Origin: Paecilomyces variotii
Lineage: Eukaryota
DNA: 64,000 bases
Reading direction: 5' to 3' (one strand)
Assembly (NCBI GenBank): GCA_004022145.1
Contig: RCNU01000002.1
The first letter of the stretch is position 1; each line of letters starts with the position of its first letter. Made by a program: the position numbers and the translations under genes. Below are positions 52,079 through 64,000 of the stretch, one piece after another. Below the pieces are notes generated by a model that did no database searches, was not told where the DNA came from, and saw nothing but the letters and a program-made list of their open reading frames with translations.

Positions 52079-53791
52079 GTAACTCGGACGCTCGTTCGTC
52101 CGTGCGGACCAGGACCAGCAGGGCCAAAAACCTTGGCATTATTATTTGTTCACCGCAAGGGAACCCGTGCCTGGATCCAGGCACGCAGACACCGTTACTC
52201 GCTGCGTTGAATGTCGGCTGATAAGTTAGGTAGGTAGGTATCCTGATTCGAATCAAAAACCGACCGGTCGAGAACTCCCCTGTGCCCTTTGTCGATGTTC
52301 GTCAAGGGAGACAGACCTGGATGAACTGCGGGAGAAGAGTAGAGAAAAGAAAAGAAAGTTCACGGTATTATTTTGCCTGAGATCAACAAATGTATAGGTT
52401 GCAAGGTTGTTCGGATATCGTCGCAGTGCGCTGTTCGATCCGCGCGTCTCCTAGCTTACGGCTGTGGCAAGAGTCAAGTGGGGTCCGGGCAATCGAGATC
52501 CAAGGGCCCGCTGCTCGGACGTCCCATTGGACAGGAACTGCGGACGATATGGTATGGTATAGATAGGATGAATTTTGAAACCTAGATATCATACAGAAAC
52601 GATAGGGTCGTGGGAGACTCTGATCATTTGGTATATTATTGATGTTGGAAAGCTGGGAGGCGAGAAAGATCCCATGGTGGCCCGTGAGCCCTGCGCAGGG
52701 GACGTGTCAGTCCATCGACGATTCGATCAACGACAAATAAGACAAATGTTCACACCGCCCACACCGCCCTCCCACCTTCTCCACCACACCCGTAAGGAAA
52801 ATCAAGATCACCCTCGATTCCTCGAAGTTCGAACTCGCCTTTCTGCCATTCACATTGTGTTATTATTGTCTCTTGTCCGACAGCAACCTGTTTTACTACT
52901 TGCGAGAGAGGAAGGAATGGGACACCTAGATAGTTATTTTTTTTTTCTTTCCCGGTTGGTGACTCCGAACTCGATGACTCTGTTCGCAACCTGAGACTCT
53001 CAGGAGGGGGGCATGTCATGTTGTCGCATCCTGTCAAAGACGTCAGCGTGCGATCAGGGCGTAGACTAGAGGTTGTTAGTGGACGAGCTCAGGGCGCCTG
53101 TCGATCCGGATCTGTCCATCGTACGATATCGATAAGGCGCAGGTACCTCGTTTGTACATGACCAGTGCCTGACGGGGCCTGTCACCCAGTGTACCCGACA
53201 GGTACCCGGGGCGCCATGGCGAGCTCTCTGGCTTAGCTAGTCAGGCTAGTTAGTCTACATAGCTAGGCTGCTGTTATCTACTATGTATGTATGTACTGTA
53301 CAATAATTATTCATTATACAGTATCTAGTAGTGTAATATTAAATACAACTGCAATGTGATATGATATGATATGATTATTACTAGACTCTCCTGTATGGTC
53401 AAACTTCCACCAAGTAGTAGCTAAGTCCCTGAACGAACAGAACAGCTCGCAGGGTTCCTTTCTTCTCCTTCTCCCCCCGACCCTGGTGGCGCGGCTCTCC
53501 CCCGGGGTCTGCCAACCAGCAGCCCAGTCGCCCTCCCGCGAGCATCCATCGTCACGGTGGATCATACATCATCGGTGTGGGAGCCAAAAAGTCTCTGCGC
53601 TGCCCTCACCTTTTTTTCCCTCCAGCCTGGCTGCTGGGAAGTACCAATCTGCAACCTGCGTCTCCCTGAACGCTGTTGAGAGCCAGCCAGGATGGCACCG
53701 GAACCTGACGGTCGAGCATAACTGGGACCTGCGATGTCATAGCACCGTCGACACGGTAGTATCATGTCACACGGTGGTTACGAACGAGTAA

Positions 53792-53860
53792 TAGGTAGGT
53801 AGGTAGGTAGGTAGAGCAATACGTAGTCTCTCTCTCTCTCTACTTTCTCTCTCTCTCTCC
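53792..53860. repeat. (TAGG)n plus (CT)n microsatellites
   Basis: taggtaggtaggtaggtagg followed by two CT tracts. Confidence 0.85.
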
Positions 53861-56554
53861 TACTTACCGTTTGCGGATATCGCGGGAGGGGGATCAACGA
53901 AAGAGCAGAGTCAAGCGAGAGCGGGGGAGGCGCTCATCTTCGCCGCTGGAGGGGAAGATCGAACCTACAAAGTTTGCTGAATGCAGTTAACTGCTCGCCA
54001 TTGTTCGACTTCTATACTCCAGCGGGCAGAGAGGCTCTATCAGCCTTCTAGAATACCTGGCACGATACAATCCAGCCCGGAGAGCGAAGATCGTCTGCCT
54101 TGCTCCAGGGCTATCGTCGGCGGCAGAGCCGATCCCTGCGGTTGGAGACAGACCAGACTCCAGAGACAAGCGGGTTGGAAACGCCCCGTATTATTAAAGT
54201 TTCCCACCTCGCTCTGATTTACTCTTTTGTCGCTGCTTGCGATGACGACTCGCTTGCCATGTGCTTGGGACGCTGGAGGCCGATGATTGCTTGCTTGCTT
54301 GATTGATTGATGGGCGCAGAATGGGTCGGATCCGCAGCTGCAAGAGGCTCGTTGGAAGATGATGAACGTGTTCTCTGCTGCTGGCTTGCCTTGTCTTGTC
54401 TTCATATTATCATGTATTACTGTACATACGTATGTATGTATGTATGTAGCGAACAGGCAGCTGAACGAACAAGGCTGGCCCAGCTCGGGGAAAATGTTCG
54501 CCATCGGACAAAACTCGATTTTCCTGGGGGGACGGTTTCATGGTTGGGTTGTCAGGGACGTGGATAAGATGAATGGATCAGAAGAAGACCTTCCGTGGAT
54601 CGGATCGGATCGTTGGTTGGTTGCAGACAGTCAGAGAGACACGGACAGCATGACAGATAGGTGATAGTAGGGATCCATCATCATCAATAATCCATCGATC
54701 AGTCCATCTTTCAATCGTTCCAGAACTCACGTCAGCTGGTCGTTGTATGTACATAACCATCTATCCCAAGGACAACAGCCTCTTGTTTCGTTTCACGCCA
54801 GTCCAGGCACACGAGATGCTAGTGCTCGATGATTCATGACTCGGATCGATTGGGAACCCCCATCCGTGGAAGCGATTGTGCCCGCCAGGAAGGCAAGGGT
54901 TCCTGGTGCCTCAGAGAGTCAGCATCCTGTGATATCCACGGTTCATCGGCAGCGATAGTATATGTCAATTCTCATCGAGCCTGAATCTCTCCGGTAACTC
55001 GCTCGCCTTACCAGCACAACGACTCGGACCCGCCATTACAAGCGCCGTTCTGAGTCTAGCGTTCCTGATAAACAAACCCAGCGCCCGCCAGCTGCCTCGC
55101 TGCATCTAGAAGAATGATTTTGCAAAAGAGTTAAAAAAGAGAGGGAAAAAAAAGAAGAAAGGAACGGAAAGATTCTAGACATCCATGGCCTTCCGTCCAA
55201 CTGTCGTCGTAGGCTCTTTTTTCCCTTCCCCATCCTCTCCGCCGCTCTCATCATCCTCAGCATCATCATCATCTCTATCTACCATACGCCGTAAGACACT
55301 CGCCGTAAATTGATAATTCTCACCACGAGAAAGCCAGCCTTGCGCCGTTTTTGTTTGGTGCTCCCCTCGTTGCTGGTGTTCGAACGTCCCATTCGCCTGC
55401 TGCTTCGGCTGAACCGGTCGTCCAGCCTTTTTTTCTAGACCCGTCAGCTGTCGGGTTGTTGTTGCTTTCTGCTCTTCTGCTGGGGGCCGTGGCCCGTTCG
55501 ACTATCTAATTTAATTAACTGACTTGCTGCGACGAAACGTCCTGGACTCGACACGGCCCAGTCCCTTTTTTTGCCTTTGCCCTGTCTTGTCTTGTCCTCC
55601 CCTGTCCCTTTTCTTCTTTCCCCTCCTCCCCCTCCTCTTCCTGCCCCTCGCTTCCCTCTCGTCGCCGACCGTCGTTTCCGATAAGCCTCTCTCACTCTCG
55701 GGTCCTTGTATCATCGTCCCTGCCCTGGCCCGGTCAAGCATAACCACCACTACCACCACCATCACCACCACCCTGCCCGGTCCCTCCTCTCCCTCTCTCT
55801 TATTCTCTCTCCTCTCTCTGCTGGATTCTTCCTTTTCCCTCTGATTTTCCCAATCAGACGGTTTCTCCTCCATCGGGTTCCCGTCTGTACCGTTCCATCC
55901 TTCCCGTCGAAACCACGCACGCACTTCTCCCGTCAGCGCTGGCCAAGACCGGCTACTGGTCAACCGCTCCCGCTGGCGAGATAGCAGGATTGCAGAACGT
56001 CGACCGTCCCTTGCATCCTCTACCGCTCCCTCTCTCGAGGAGAAATGCTCCGGTGCAGCTGACGGATCGCCCCATCTGTTCGTCGCGACGTTTCGCCCTT
56101 GCTTGGTCGCCCTCTTCTGCCGCTGTGGCCTGCTGTGTTTCGATCCAATCTACGCTTGGCAAAGCTGCCTGCGACTCGCTGCGGCTGATCGGAGATAATA
56201 ATCTTTTGACACTGGTATGTCTCCGGTTCTACTGGTGTCGTTTGAACTCGTGCTGCGATCTATGCCCGCTCGCATGCTTACCATCTGATCTCAAGTATCC
56301 ACAGTTAGCTCATCAAGCCGCACCGCGAGATCCAAAAACCAGACGACGCGATCCTCATTTCCCGAAAGGGGCATACATCTCGTCTGTCTGCCTCTCCCCC
56401 TCCCTAACGTGGTCCGCAGACGACGAGGGCGCACTGGTAGCGATCTAGAGTCGATCGCGAAATACGATTACAGAATCCACTCTTCCGGTAGCCAGCGTGG
56501 TTCTGCTGCGACAAGATCAGAATCCCACACTGACATTTTCTCGTGCCGCACAAG

Positions 56555-58704
56555 ATGACTTCGTTTCTACCAGTGAACAATATCCCCGCGCCTCGGGATC
56601 ACACCATGGATGATGCTACGACACCTACAACTCCTCGACCGAACTCGACTAATCTACCTAGAAAACACGAGAGCTCTCCGCAATCACAAACGAAAAATAG
56701 TGAAGACGGCACTCAAAATACACAGAACTTGGCTGAAGAAGGCTCCCGGTCGAATGATACGGCACAGTCGAACTCGGCTTCTTCGAATAAAGAAAGCCGC
56801 TCCCCACAGCAAGCTACAGACGACAACGCTGCTGAATCAGATGGTGATCGGGATGGTTCTGGAAACGAGTCTGATCATGGTGGATCTGGGCCTCCTTCAA
56901 AGAAGAAGAAAGGACAGCGCTTCTTCTGCACGGATTTCCCGCCTTGCAACTTGAGCTTTACCAGAAGTGAGCATCTCGCGCGGCACATTCGGAAGCACAC
57001 TGGAGAGCGTCCCTTCCAATGTCATTGTTCCAGACGGTTTTCACGCCTCGACAACCTGCGCCAGCATGCTCAGACTGTTCACGTCAACGAAGAGATCCCT
57101 GGCGATTCCCTTGCCGCCACAGGCACCCGATTTCAACGCCAGATTCGTACGGACCGCGTTCGACCTCAAGGCAGAGCGCGAGCAGGTACCGCAGGCAGTC
57201 AAGGAACACATAGTCGGGGTCATAGCAGAAATCTTTCCGCTTCCAGCATCACCTCGACAGCGTCCACTTTCAGTCAGAGCCAGGACATTCGACGTCGGCC
57301 TCCACCTTTGATTATGGCCAATGACGGCACGGCAAGGGCCAGGTTGACACTGGACACGATGGGTGAACCTCCGACTACACCTCCCGCCCAGATTCGAGTT
57401 GGACCGCCAGGTCAGTCTCCTAGTGGACCGCATTATGCACCTGCGAGTGCGTTCCCTTCTGCCGGCGGCAGTCCTCATTTCGGCTCTCCCATGTCGAGCA
57501 CTTCGCATGCTTCTGGATTCTGGGACGGCAAGACAGCTGCCCGCCGTTTGTCTGTCCCATCAGGACCCAACCCATTCATTCCTCCTCATGGCACCACATA
57601 TCCTCCCACCTATGTCAGTTCTCTGCCTCCCTCTCATCCTTCATATTCAAACAGCGGCGTCTTTGCTAGCCCTGCCAGCTCGAATTACTCTTTGTCGCGG
57701 GAAGAGCCCACCCTTAGCCCCGCTGAAGCGGAGTTGCGGAGGAGGACGTGGCACCCCTCGACTTATTCTGGCTATCCCAGACCCGCGACAAGCGGTTTGA
57801 GCCACTACCAGACCCCCGAGACTCTGCAACCCGCGTTCGGGTCCGGCACCTCAGGGGAACAGCCACCTCGGCTGCCAGGTATTGAGAGCTTCGACAAAGT
57901 GATCCCACAGCATCGGCCAATGACACCCCCGGTTCGTAAACCGAGCCCAATGCAGATTGACGGTGGAGGTAGACCGCAGGGAATTACGCCAGGCTTTGCT
58001 CCCCATGGACTACCAACTGTTCGTCCGCCACCTCCGATCTCCGGCCCAGGACATCGACGGGGCCATGTTTCCTGGGACATGTCTCTGCACAGACTCGATA
58101 TCTCCGACAGACCTTCGCCGAGAGATCCGCCGCACTGGGGATCAAGCAGCATTCCCGAAAGTCACAGTACAGTGTCGCGTACTTTTGGTCCATACGGAGT
58201 GAGTCGTGACCATCCGGACAACCGTGAGCCGGGCCAGGCTCCCGAACCGAGCACTCCGCAGAATAAGAGAAGCTCATGGTATAATGGACCGCCATCTAGT
58301 AATGTCCCTGGCTCTCAGGCGAATCGTACGTCTCCTGAAGATTCCAGCAGCAGCGAGGGTGTGACCACGCCCTCGACCTCCTCCCTCGAGTACCATCCAG
58401 CTATAGTACACAGCAATGGTTATGTGGAGCCTCACCATCCACCGCTCCCGGTTGAAGCATCTCACAGTGTACGCACAACTTCTCTCTAACCCTCAGGAAT
58501 TAGTGAATGTTTTTTGCTGATCTATTGCAGGCCTGTGCTCCACTCCCTCATCCAGCTCCTGGTTATCAAACGAATCCTGGGAACGGCGCACGTTCAGACT
58601 TCTTCGGGGCTTCTTCCAACCACGGAGGTGGCATGGGTCGCTTGGAGGCTCTTGTGGCTGTTGCAACCAGTGAGAATAAAGGGGGAACAAAGCTCTACAT
58701 TTGA
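56555..58704 (+). CDS. nsdC: C2H2 zinc-finger developmental regulator NsdC; intron ~58468-58530
   Basis: [77 protein letters not shown]-terminal [13 protein letters not shown]. Confidence 0.88.
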
Positions 58705-60743
58705 GAGGAGACAGATAATACATGATGAATTGTCATATACTCGGCCAGGCTGTTGATACTTCCTCGCAGGAGATTAGCAGCGATTGACCCCCCTTTTTCG
58801 TGTGTGCCGAAGACTATCCGGCCTTCCGGTTCCTTACGTCGGTCTTTTCTTTTCTTTCTTTTTTTCCCCGTCTCCTTCGGTTTGAAATAAGGGTACTCTC
58901 TGGTATCTACCTCTCCTTCTGTCGTTGCGTTCCTTTCTATATCCGAGGAAGGACATTCGCTGAGTGATATCTGCCGGTTTATCCTTTACGAAGCGACGAC
59001 CTTACGAATGATGCATAAATGCGGTTCCTACGAGATCTGGTTCCCATGTTCCTGCGGTGATTTCCATCTGTCGACTTATCCTTGTGTTCGTGATTACTTT
59101 GTGTGTGTGGCTTCGCGTTGATTATTTTCCGCTGCTGGCGCAAATGGTCCCTGCATCGAGATACCCTGGCCTTCCTGATTCCGTCATGAGGGTCTGGCAA
59201 CGCAGTCTCTTCTCGGTTGCGGCACGGCTTTCTTTCTCCGCTCTCGTCTGGGCTGTATCTGCCGACCTTCTGCTACCCGGGGAGGGCTCTGCATCGCCCT
59301 TCTATATAATCATTGCTATATACGGCTGGGAATTTCACTTCAAGTATATGTCTTAGTAGCCTTTCTGCTTGTACTGGACTGGTTCCGGGACTTATTGGTT
59401 ATCCGAGCTTGCGGCGCTGGTATTTTGAAGAAATTACAGAATGACTGATGACTTATCTTTATGACGGCGCGGGTAGGATATGCGCTGATCGTTGCTCGCC
59501 TTGAGTATCATTTTCGTTTACTTGAGCAGTGTTTCTGATGATTGAGTCTCCTTCTGGTCCTGCGTTCTACATTCACCTTGGTTAGATTCTGACGGTTTGC
59601 AATATGCGCTTAGACGGTTCCAGTGTAGTCAGATTCAATCGATTCCACTTTAACTGCATTGTTTTGGATATATCCGACTCGAGTGCTAGTGCGGTGTGTT
59701 CAGCAGGAGATGAGCACCGCTGGCGCGGGGTTCCCGCAGCCGAAACATGCAGTCTGCTCAGTAACTAGCGTGCATTGGAGCCAATTGAGGATGCAACACG
59801 ACCCTGATTTAAAAATAGGTGACCTGGCGCCTGCAGGGCTCCGTTAATAGCGTGTCTGGAAGAAGTTCCCCTCTTCTGGCGTCCTTGAGACGTGCAGTTG
59901 TTGAAAAGGATGAATTCAGATGGCGATGACTTCATAGGTGGTACCTACCCACTCCCCCACCATTGGCGTCAAAGCACAAGTACCTGCCAGGTATTAAATT
60001 ATTATTGGGGATGCTTTATTCGCAGCCAACTTGGCATTCAGTCGAATATATTTCCCGAGGTAATAATATTCGATTCAAAGTATACTAGTGCTCTTCTTCA
60101 TCGTGGGGCATTATTACGTGATGACTGGTCGTTGACGTCTTTCGTTCCTCGTTTTGGTTAATAGCTGACCTGCTCCGGCATTCCACTTGCCCATGTTCGG
60201 AGGGGACCGTAGTTAGCAGTAGTTAGTAGTTAGAATTGAATATGAACTTTTCTCGAAGGAAGAAGTAATAAGCACTCGATACAATTAATTTCCTAATGAT
60301 CATATCTAGGTATTTAGATACCATGATAGGAGCATCTACTTAGCACGCACCGGACGCAACCAAAGAACGAGCGGGACATTGCGATGCGAAAAGAACAAAA
60401 ATGCAGGTTTAGTTATTTTACTTCCCGTTTCAATAATACTAGCAGGACTTGAAATCCAGAGAAGTACATACGTAGAGTATATGTGGTAATGCTACAGGCT
60501 GGGAACTGAAACTGAGTTAACGTCATCGTGCCCGGTGACTTTCCGGGGTACGACGCTGTGCCTCTGTTCCGCTCGGGCGATTTAAATACGGACTGGCTTT
60601 GCTCCTTTTTAAAGTGTTCAATCATTCAGATTTATTAGTATTCATTGAATCTGGGGGGCTTGCTATCCTCACGTCCTCACATACATAAATACATACTACC
60701 TTGCCCTACTCTACATTACATCCTCTACACTCTACCGCCCATC

Positions 60744-61361
60744 ATGTCGAAGAGCCGCACCCCTCTCTACTTGGGTCTCGGTCTGGCCGGTGCCGGAGGC
60801 TACTACCTGTACAGAGCTGGTGGTGATCCCCAGAGGGCCAAGAATGAGGTGAAGCGTAAGTAGCCCAGTTACCTAGCAAGATGGGGTTTCGAATATCAGT
60901 TCGATGGGAGTTGCATGTGTCTGACTGACTGAATGACTGACTGACTGGGGTACGCAGACGATGCTGAGCGGGCACGCAGCAGGATCCCCACGGGACCCGA
61001 AGCTGAAAAGATTGGAGAGAAAGTTGGATCGGAAGCTGGCGCCAGCATTGATGAAGCTGTAAGTTGCCTCTCTCTGGCATACAAAACCGAATCATCCATC
61101 CCGTTCCGGACTCGAGGAAACAAACTAACATGGAACCCTTTTTTTTTTTTTTAGGTCAACAACGCCAAGGACCTGGCACGAAGCAATGGAGACAATATCA
61201 GACAGTATGCCAATGAGGGTATTGACAAGATCGATCAGATCCGTCAGGATACCGCCAAGAAGCTAGGCACGAGTGTCGACAAGCTCGACAGGACTGTGGA
61301 GAACAAGGCGTCTGAGGCTAAGAGTACCCTGTCCAGCTGGTTTGGAGGTAGTAGCAAGTAA
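60744..61361 (+). CDS. Small protein with N-terminal hydrophobic anchor and LEA-like helical tail, 3 exons
   Basis: MSKSRTPLYLGLGLAGAGGYYLYRAGGDP|...EAGASIDEA|VNNAKD...DRTVENKASEAKSTLSSWFGGSSK*. Introns GTAAGT...CAG and GTAAGT...TAG are in phase. Confidence 0.8.
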
Positions 61362-62007
61362 AAGGATAAGGGAAAATAGGTAAAATGGCAGGGCGATAAT
61401 AATAATAACTTGACTGGGTTTTCCTGATTGGGAAAAAAAGCCTAGTCGAGCGAGTCCTTTGGGCGGACCGTTGCCATGGGATCTCTTTTTGGATTCTTAA
61501 TTTGTGGATCATGATCGAAATGTCTGTCTGTATTGTAATGTTGGAACGTTGAGCTATGAATGCGATGCTTTTCTTTTTCATGATTATTTCCAGAGCCTGC
61601 TCCCGCTCCCCAAGGGCTCTTTTTCTAGATGTTCACATCGTGAGCATGGATTCGTAAAACCATACCAACACGACCGTGACCATTTAAATACACTCGATCG
61701 ATGTCAATTAATATACCTCGAGTCGCTTGAAAAGGAGCTGTATGTAGCGCGGGCTAGATATCATACTCCACATTCCGACAACCGTCGTAAAATTGCCGTG
61801 GCGATGCCGCACTAAGACGCCTCGGAACATTCCTCCCAACTCCGCTTGTCGTAGGAACGAACATATAGATATGATAATATAGTAATAGCATCTTGAATAG
61901 AATAAAATCAATGAACACAAAAAAAAAAAGAAGAGACGCTGGTTGTTGCACCAAGATGAAGTATTATTAGTTTTGCGAGAATACGATATAACCCGATCGG
62001 GAACTTG

Positions 62008-62058
62008 ATGCGCGAAAACGCGGTCCGACGCGTGTTTTCCCCCTTTGTTTTCGCGTCG
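62008..62058. promoter_or_regulatory. MCB/SCB-like G1/S element cluster upstream of cdt1
   Basis: CGCGAAA (62011-62017), ACGCGT (62028-62033) and TTTCGCGT (62049-62056) within 50 bp. Confidence 0.65.
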
Positions 62059-62358
62059 ATCGAGCTCGAGATCTTCTTCGCCAAAACGGGGGGAAAAAAG
62101 CTGAGGGTCGAGGCTGAAAGGCTAGACTAGCAAAAAAAAGCACGAGCCCTCCCCTCTGTCTCTGTCTCTTTCTGTGACAACGTCAACAGATCTCTTTCCT
62201 GATAAAACTCATTGGGGGGTTCATGTTTCCTATTCTATGAACATTGTGTGTCGTTGTTGGCTTTTTTTTTTCGTCTTTTACTTTAGGAAAGTATAAGTTA
62301 CTCTTATACCATACTCTACTTCTTTTTTAAAAAGATAATAGACAAGAGGGCAGGTACA

Positions 62359-63924
62359 ATGCCTCGTGCCTCGACGACCGCCATGACGACGCGACGAACC
62401 AGTCTGCGATCCACCAGGCCAGGACAACAACCGGGCATTCAGACCTTCGCAAGAGCAACCAAGCCCGGAACCAGGACGTCGATAGGCCCTGCCGACGAGA
62501 AGAAGAAGTCTCAGTTTCAGCAGACACAGACACCGCTGCTTCCGTCGTCTCCGTCGAAGAAGCGCAAATTGAACGAGATCGGGCAGGTGGAATGTGTGTC
62601 TGAAGAGAAGAAGGAGGAGGAGGGGGTCGCGAGGGACGTGACGGCCACGCCGTCGAAGACGTTGCGGTTTAGTGAATTGGCTCTTTCGACGCCTAGGAGG
62701 ACAAAGTCGGCTCCTCCACGGCCTCTTAGGAGGAGGACGGAAGCCTCGCGGGAGGAGTCGCCGTCACGGACCCCTAGTGTTGAGGAGGAGGAAGAGTCTT
62801 CGTCGTCGTCGGCGGTAGAGGAGGCTGACTCGAGGCCTACGTCGCCTGAGGAGGAAGAGTCGCTTGTTAAGGAGCAAACGTCGCCAATTGCTCGACCGGC
62901 GTGCTTTGACGATCTGTTGAATCTGCACTCGTGCTTCCTGTCCGCTTTATCACTACATTATGCACATAACGGCGCGTCCACACCGGCTGATTTGAAAGAG
63001 TTTTTGCCCAGCGTGCAGAAGATCTGGAAGAAGCGCAAAGTCGTCACAAAGGACTTGCAGCGGTTAGTTCAGATCTGGGACGAGGAGGGTCCTTCGTCTG
63101 CAGGCGTACGGTTTCGCATCGCCAACTACGGTCTGGGGAAAGTGTGTCTGGAAATTGTGGCTGCGACGGGACAAACCACGCGGCCGCTGGATGAGAATGA
63201 ACTGCAATGGCAGTTCGAGCGCAGGCTGGACTGGGTGTGGAAGAGATTGGTGGACTCGGTGCCGGATCTGAAAGGGAAGGATCAGGTGGAACTGTTGGAC
63301 TTGTTGGATCTGGCTCCTATTCATGAGTCGCTTACCGCGTTCACGTCCTTCCGCAAGGGACAGCAGCGGTTACAGGATCTTAGGGGAGGTGTTATCCGCG
63401 TGAAGACGGCCATGATGAAAGCAAAGATGCAGGTTGATGACTCGACGCCCAAACCACCTGTCGTGGCCGCGACGGCCCGTCGAAAGGGGCTTCTGGATCG
63501 GATCAAGAACAAAGAGCTCAGGCAGTCGAAGCTGCCGCCGCCTCCTTCGAAGGAGATGCTTCTCCGGCGGTCTGCGGCTGAACGTGTCGAGGAGGTGGCC
63601 AGAGTCCTGATGGTCCTTAGACCGAGTGGTGTTGTGGGCACGGGACCCTGGGCTATTGCTGCGTCTCAGAGGAAGCCGTATAGCTTAGGTGCCGTGGTGC
63701 GGAATGTGCAGGATTCAGTCCGCAGTCCGATCTCGGACAAGGAGGTAGAGATCTGTTTGGATATTTTGACTCGAAAGGATATTGCCGGAGACTGGGTGAA
63801 ACTGGTCACCGTTAATGATCTGCGATCCGTGGTGCTGGGATCCGGTCGAGGGATCTCGCCTTCAGATATCGGTACGAAAGTCAGTGCTCTGAAGATTGGG
63901 TGGGAGGATCCCACCCTGTACTGA
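62359..63924 (+). CDS. cdt1: DNA replication licensing factor Cdt1-like
   Basis: N-terminal PIP-degron-like QPGIQTFAR, multiple SP/TP CDK sites, LSALSLHYAHNG, YGLGKVCLE, RRKGLLDRIKNK, C-terminal winged-helix-like VRSPISDKEVEICLDIL. Confidence 0.78.
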   Translation: MPRASTTAMTTRRTSLRSTRPGQQPGIQTFARATKPGTRTSIGPADEKKKSQFQQTQTPLLPSSPSKKRKLNEIGQVECVSEEKKEEEGVARDVTATPSKTLRFSELALSTPRRTKSAPPRPLRRRTEASREESPSRTPSVEEEEESSSSSAVEEADSRPTSPEEEESLVKEQTSPIARPACFDDLLNLHSCFLSALSLHYAHNGASTPADLKEFLPSVQKIWKKRKVVTKDLQRLVQIWDEEGPSSAGVRFRIANYGLGKVCLEIVAATGQTTRPLDENELQWQFERRLDWVWKRLVDSVPDLKGKDQVELLDLLDLAPIHESLTAFTSFRKGQQRLQDLRGGVIRVKTAMMKAKMQVDDSTPKPPVVAATARRKGLLDRIKNKELRQSKLPPPPSKEMLLRRSAAERVEEVARVLMVLRPSGVVGTGPWAIAASQRKPYSLGAVVRNVQDSVRSPISDKEVEICLDILTRKDIAGDWVKLVTVNDLRSVVLGSGRGISPSDIGTKVSALKIGWEDPTLY

Positions 63925-64000
63925 GTATTTTTCTTCTCTTATTATTTCGTACTCGACGGATACCAGAGCGAAGGCGTACGGTTTTTGCATTGTTTACGGA

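Noticed and set aside
53199..53226. Cloning-vector polylinker contamination (KpnI-SmaI-NarI-NcoI-SacI sites)
   Set aside because: No flanking vector sequence, and the palindrome richness blends into the surrounding genomic DNA; kept only as a palindrome-cluster observation.

Overview
Eukaryotic DNA from a filamentous ascomycete, with GT-AG introns, CTRAC branch sites and a gene set typical of Eurotiales (Aspergillus/Paecilomyces-like; the genus cannot be fixed from sequence alone). Two blocks of conserved genes are present. Block 1 (1-14.9 kb): Ssp1/Sak1-type kinase (5'-partial), GH53 endo-galactanase, crzA, alg11, cox18. Block 2 (25.1-64 kb): cwh43, utp6, a mitochondrial peptidyl-tRNA hydrolase, nab3-like, coa6, sys1, cog5, nsdC, a small LEA-like protein, cdt1. 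Two accessory regions interrupt these. (1) A ~10 kb island at 15-25 kb, between the convergent 3' ends of cox18 and cwh43, is poorly described by the ORF track. Manual frame-hopping shows an array of decayed genes, all on the minus strand. It includes at least five relics of two PD-(D/E)XK restriction-endonuclease-fold families, four of them alternating A-B-A-B, plus a DUF3716-like Cys-rich relic and an F-box/Cys-rich ORF. This is the best candidate for an undescribed system, possibly a dead toxin-antidote/drive locus or a mobile-element graveyard. (2) A ~11.5 kb nitrogen-scavenging-like island at 37.5-49 kb holds amdS, a class II aldolase, a possible Zn2Cys6 relic, a LaeA-like methyltransferase with a 7-nt micro-exon, an agmatinase/ureohydrolase pseudogene and a class III aminotransferase, with GATA-rich promoters. 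Family calls come from motif recognition only; no searches were run, and pseudogene boundaries are approximate.
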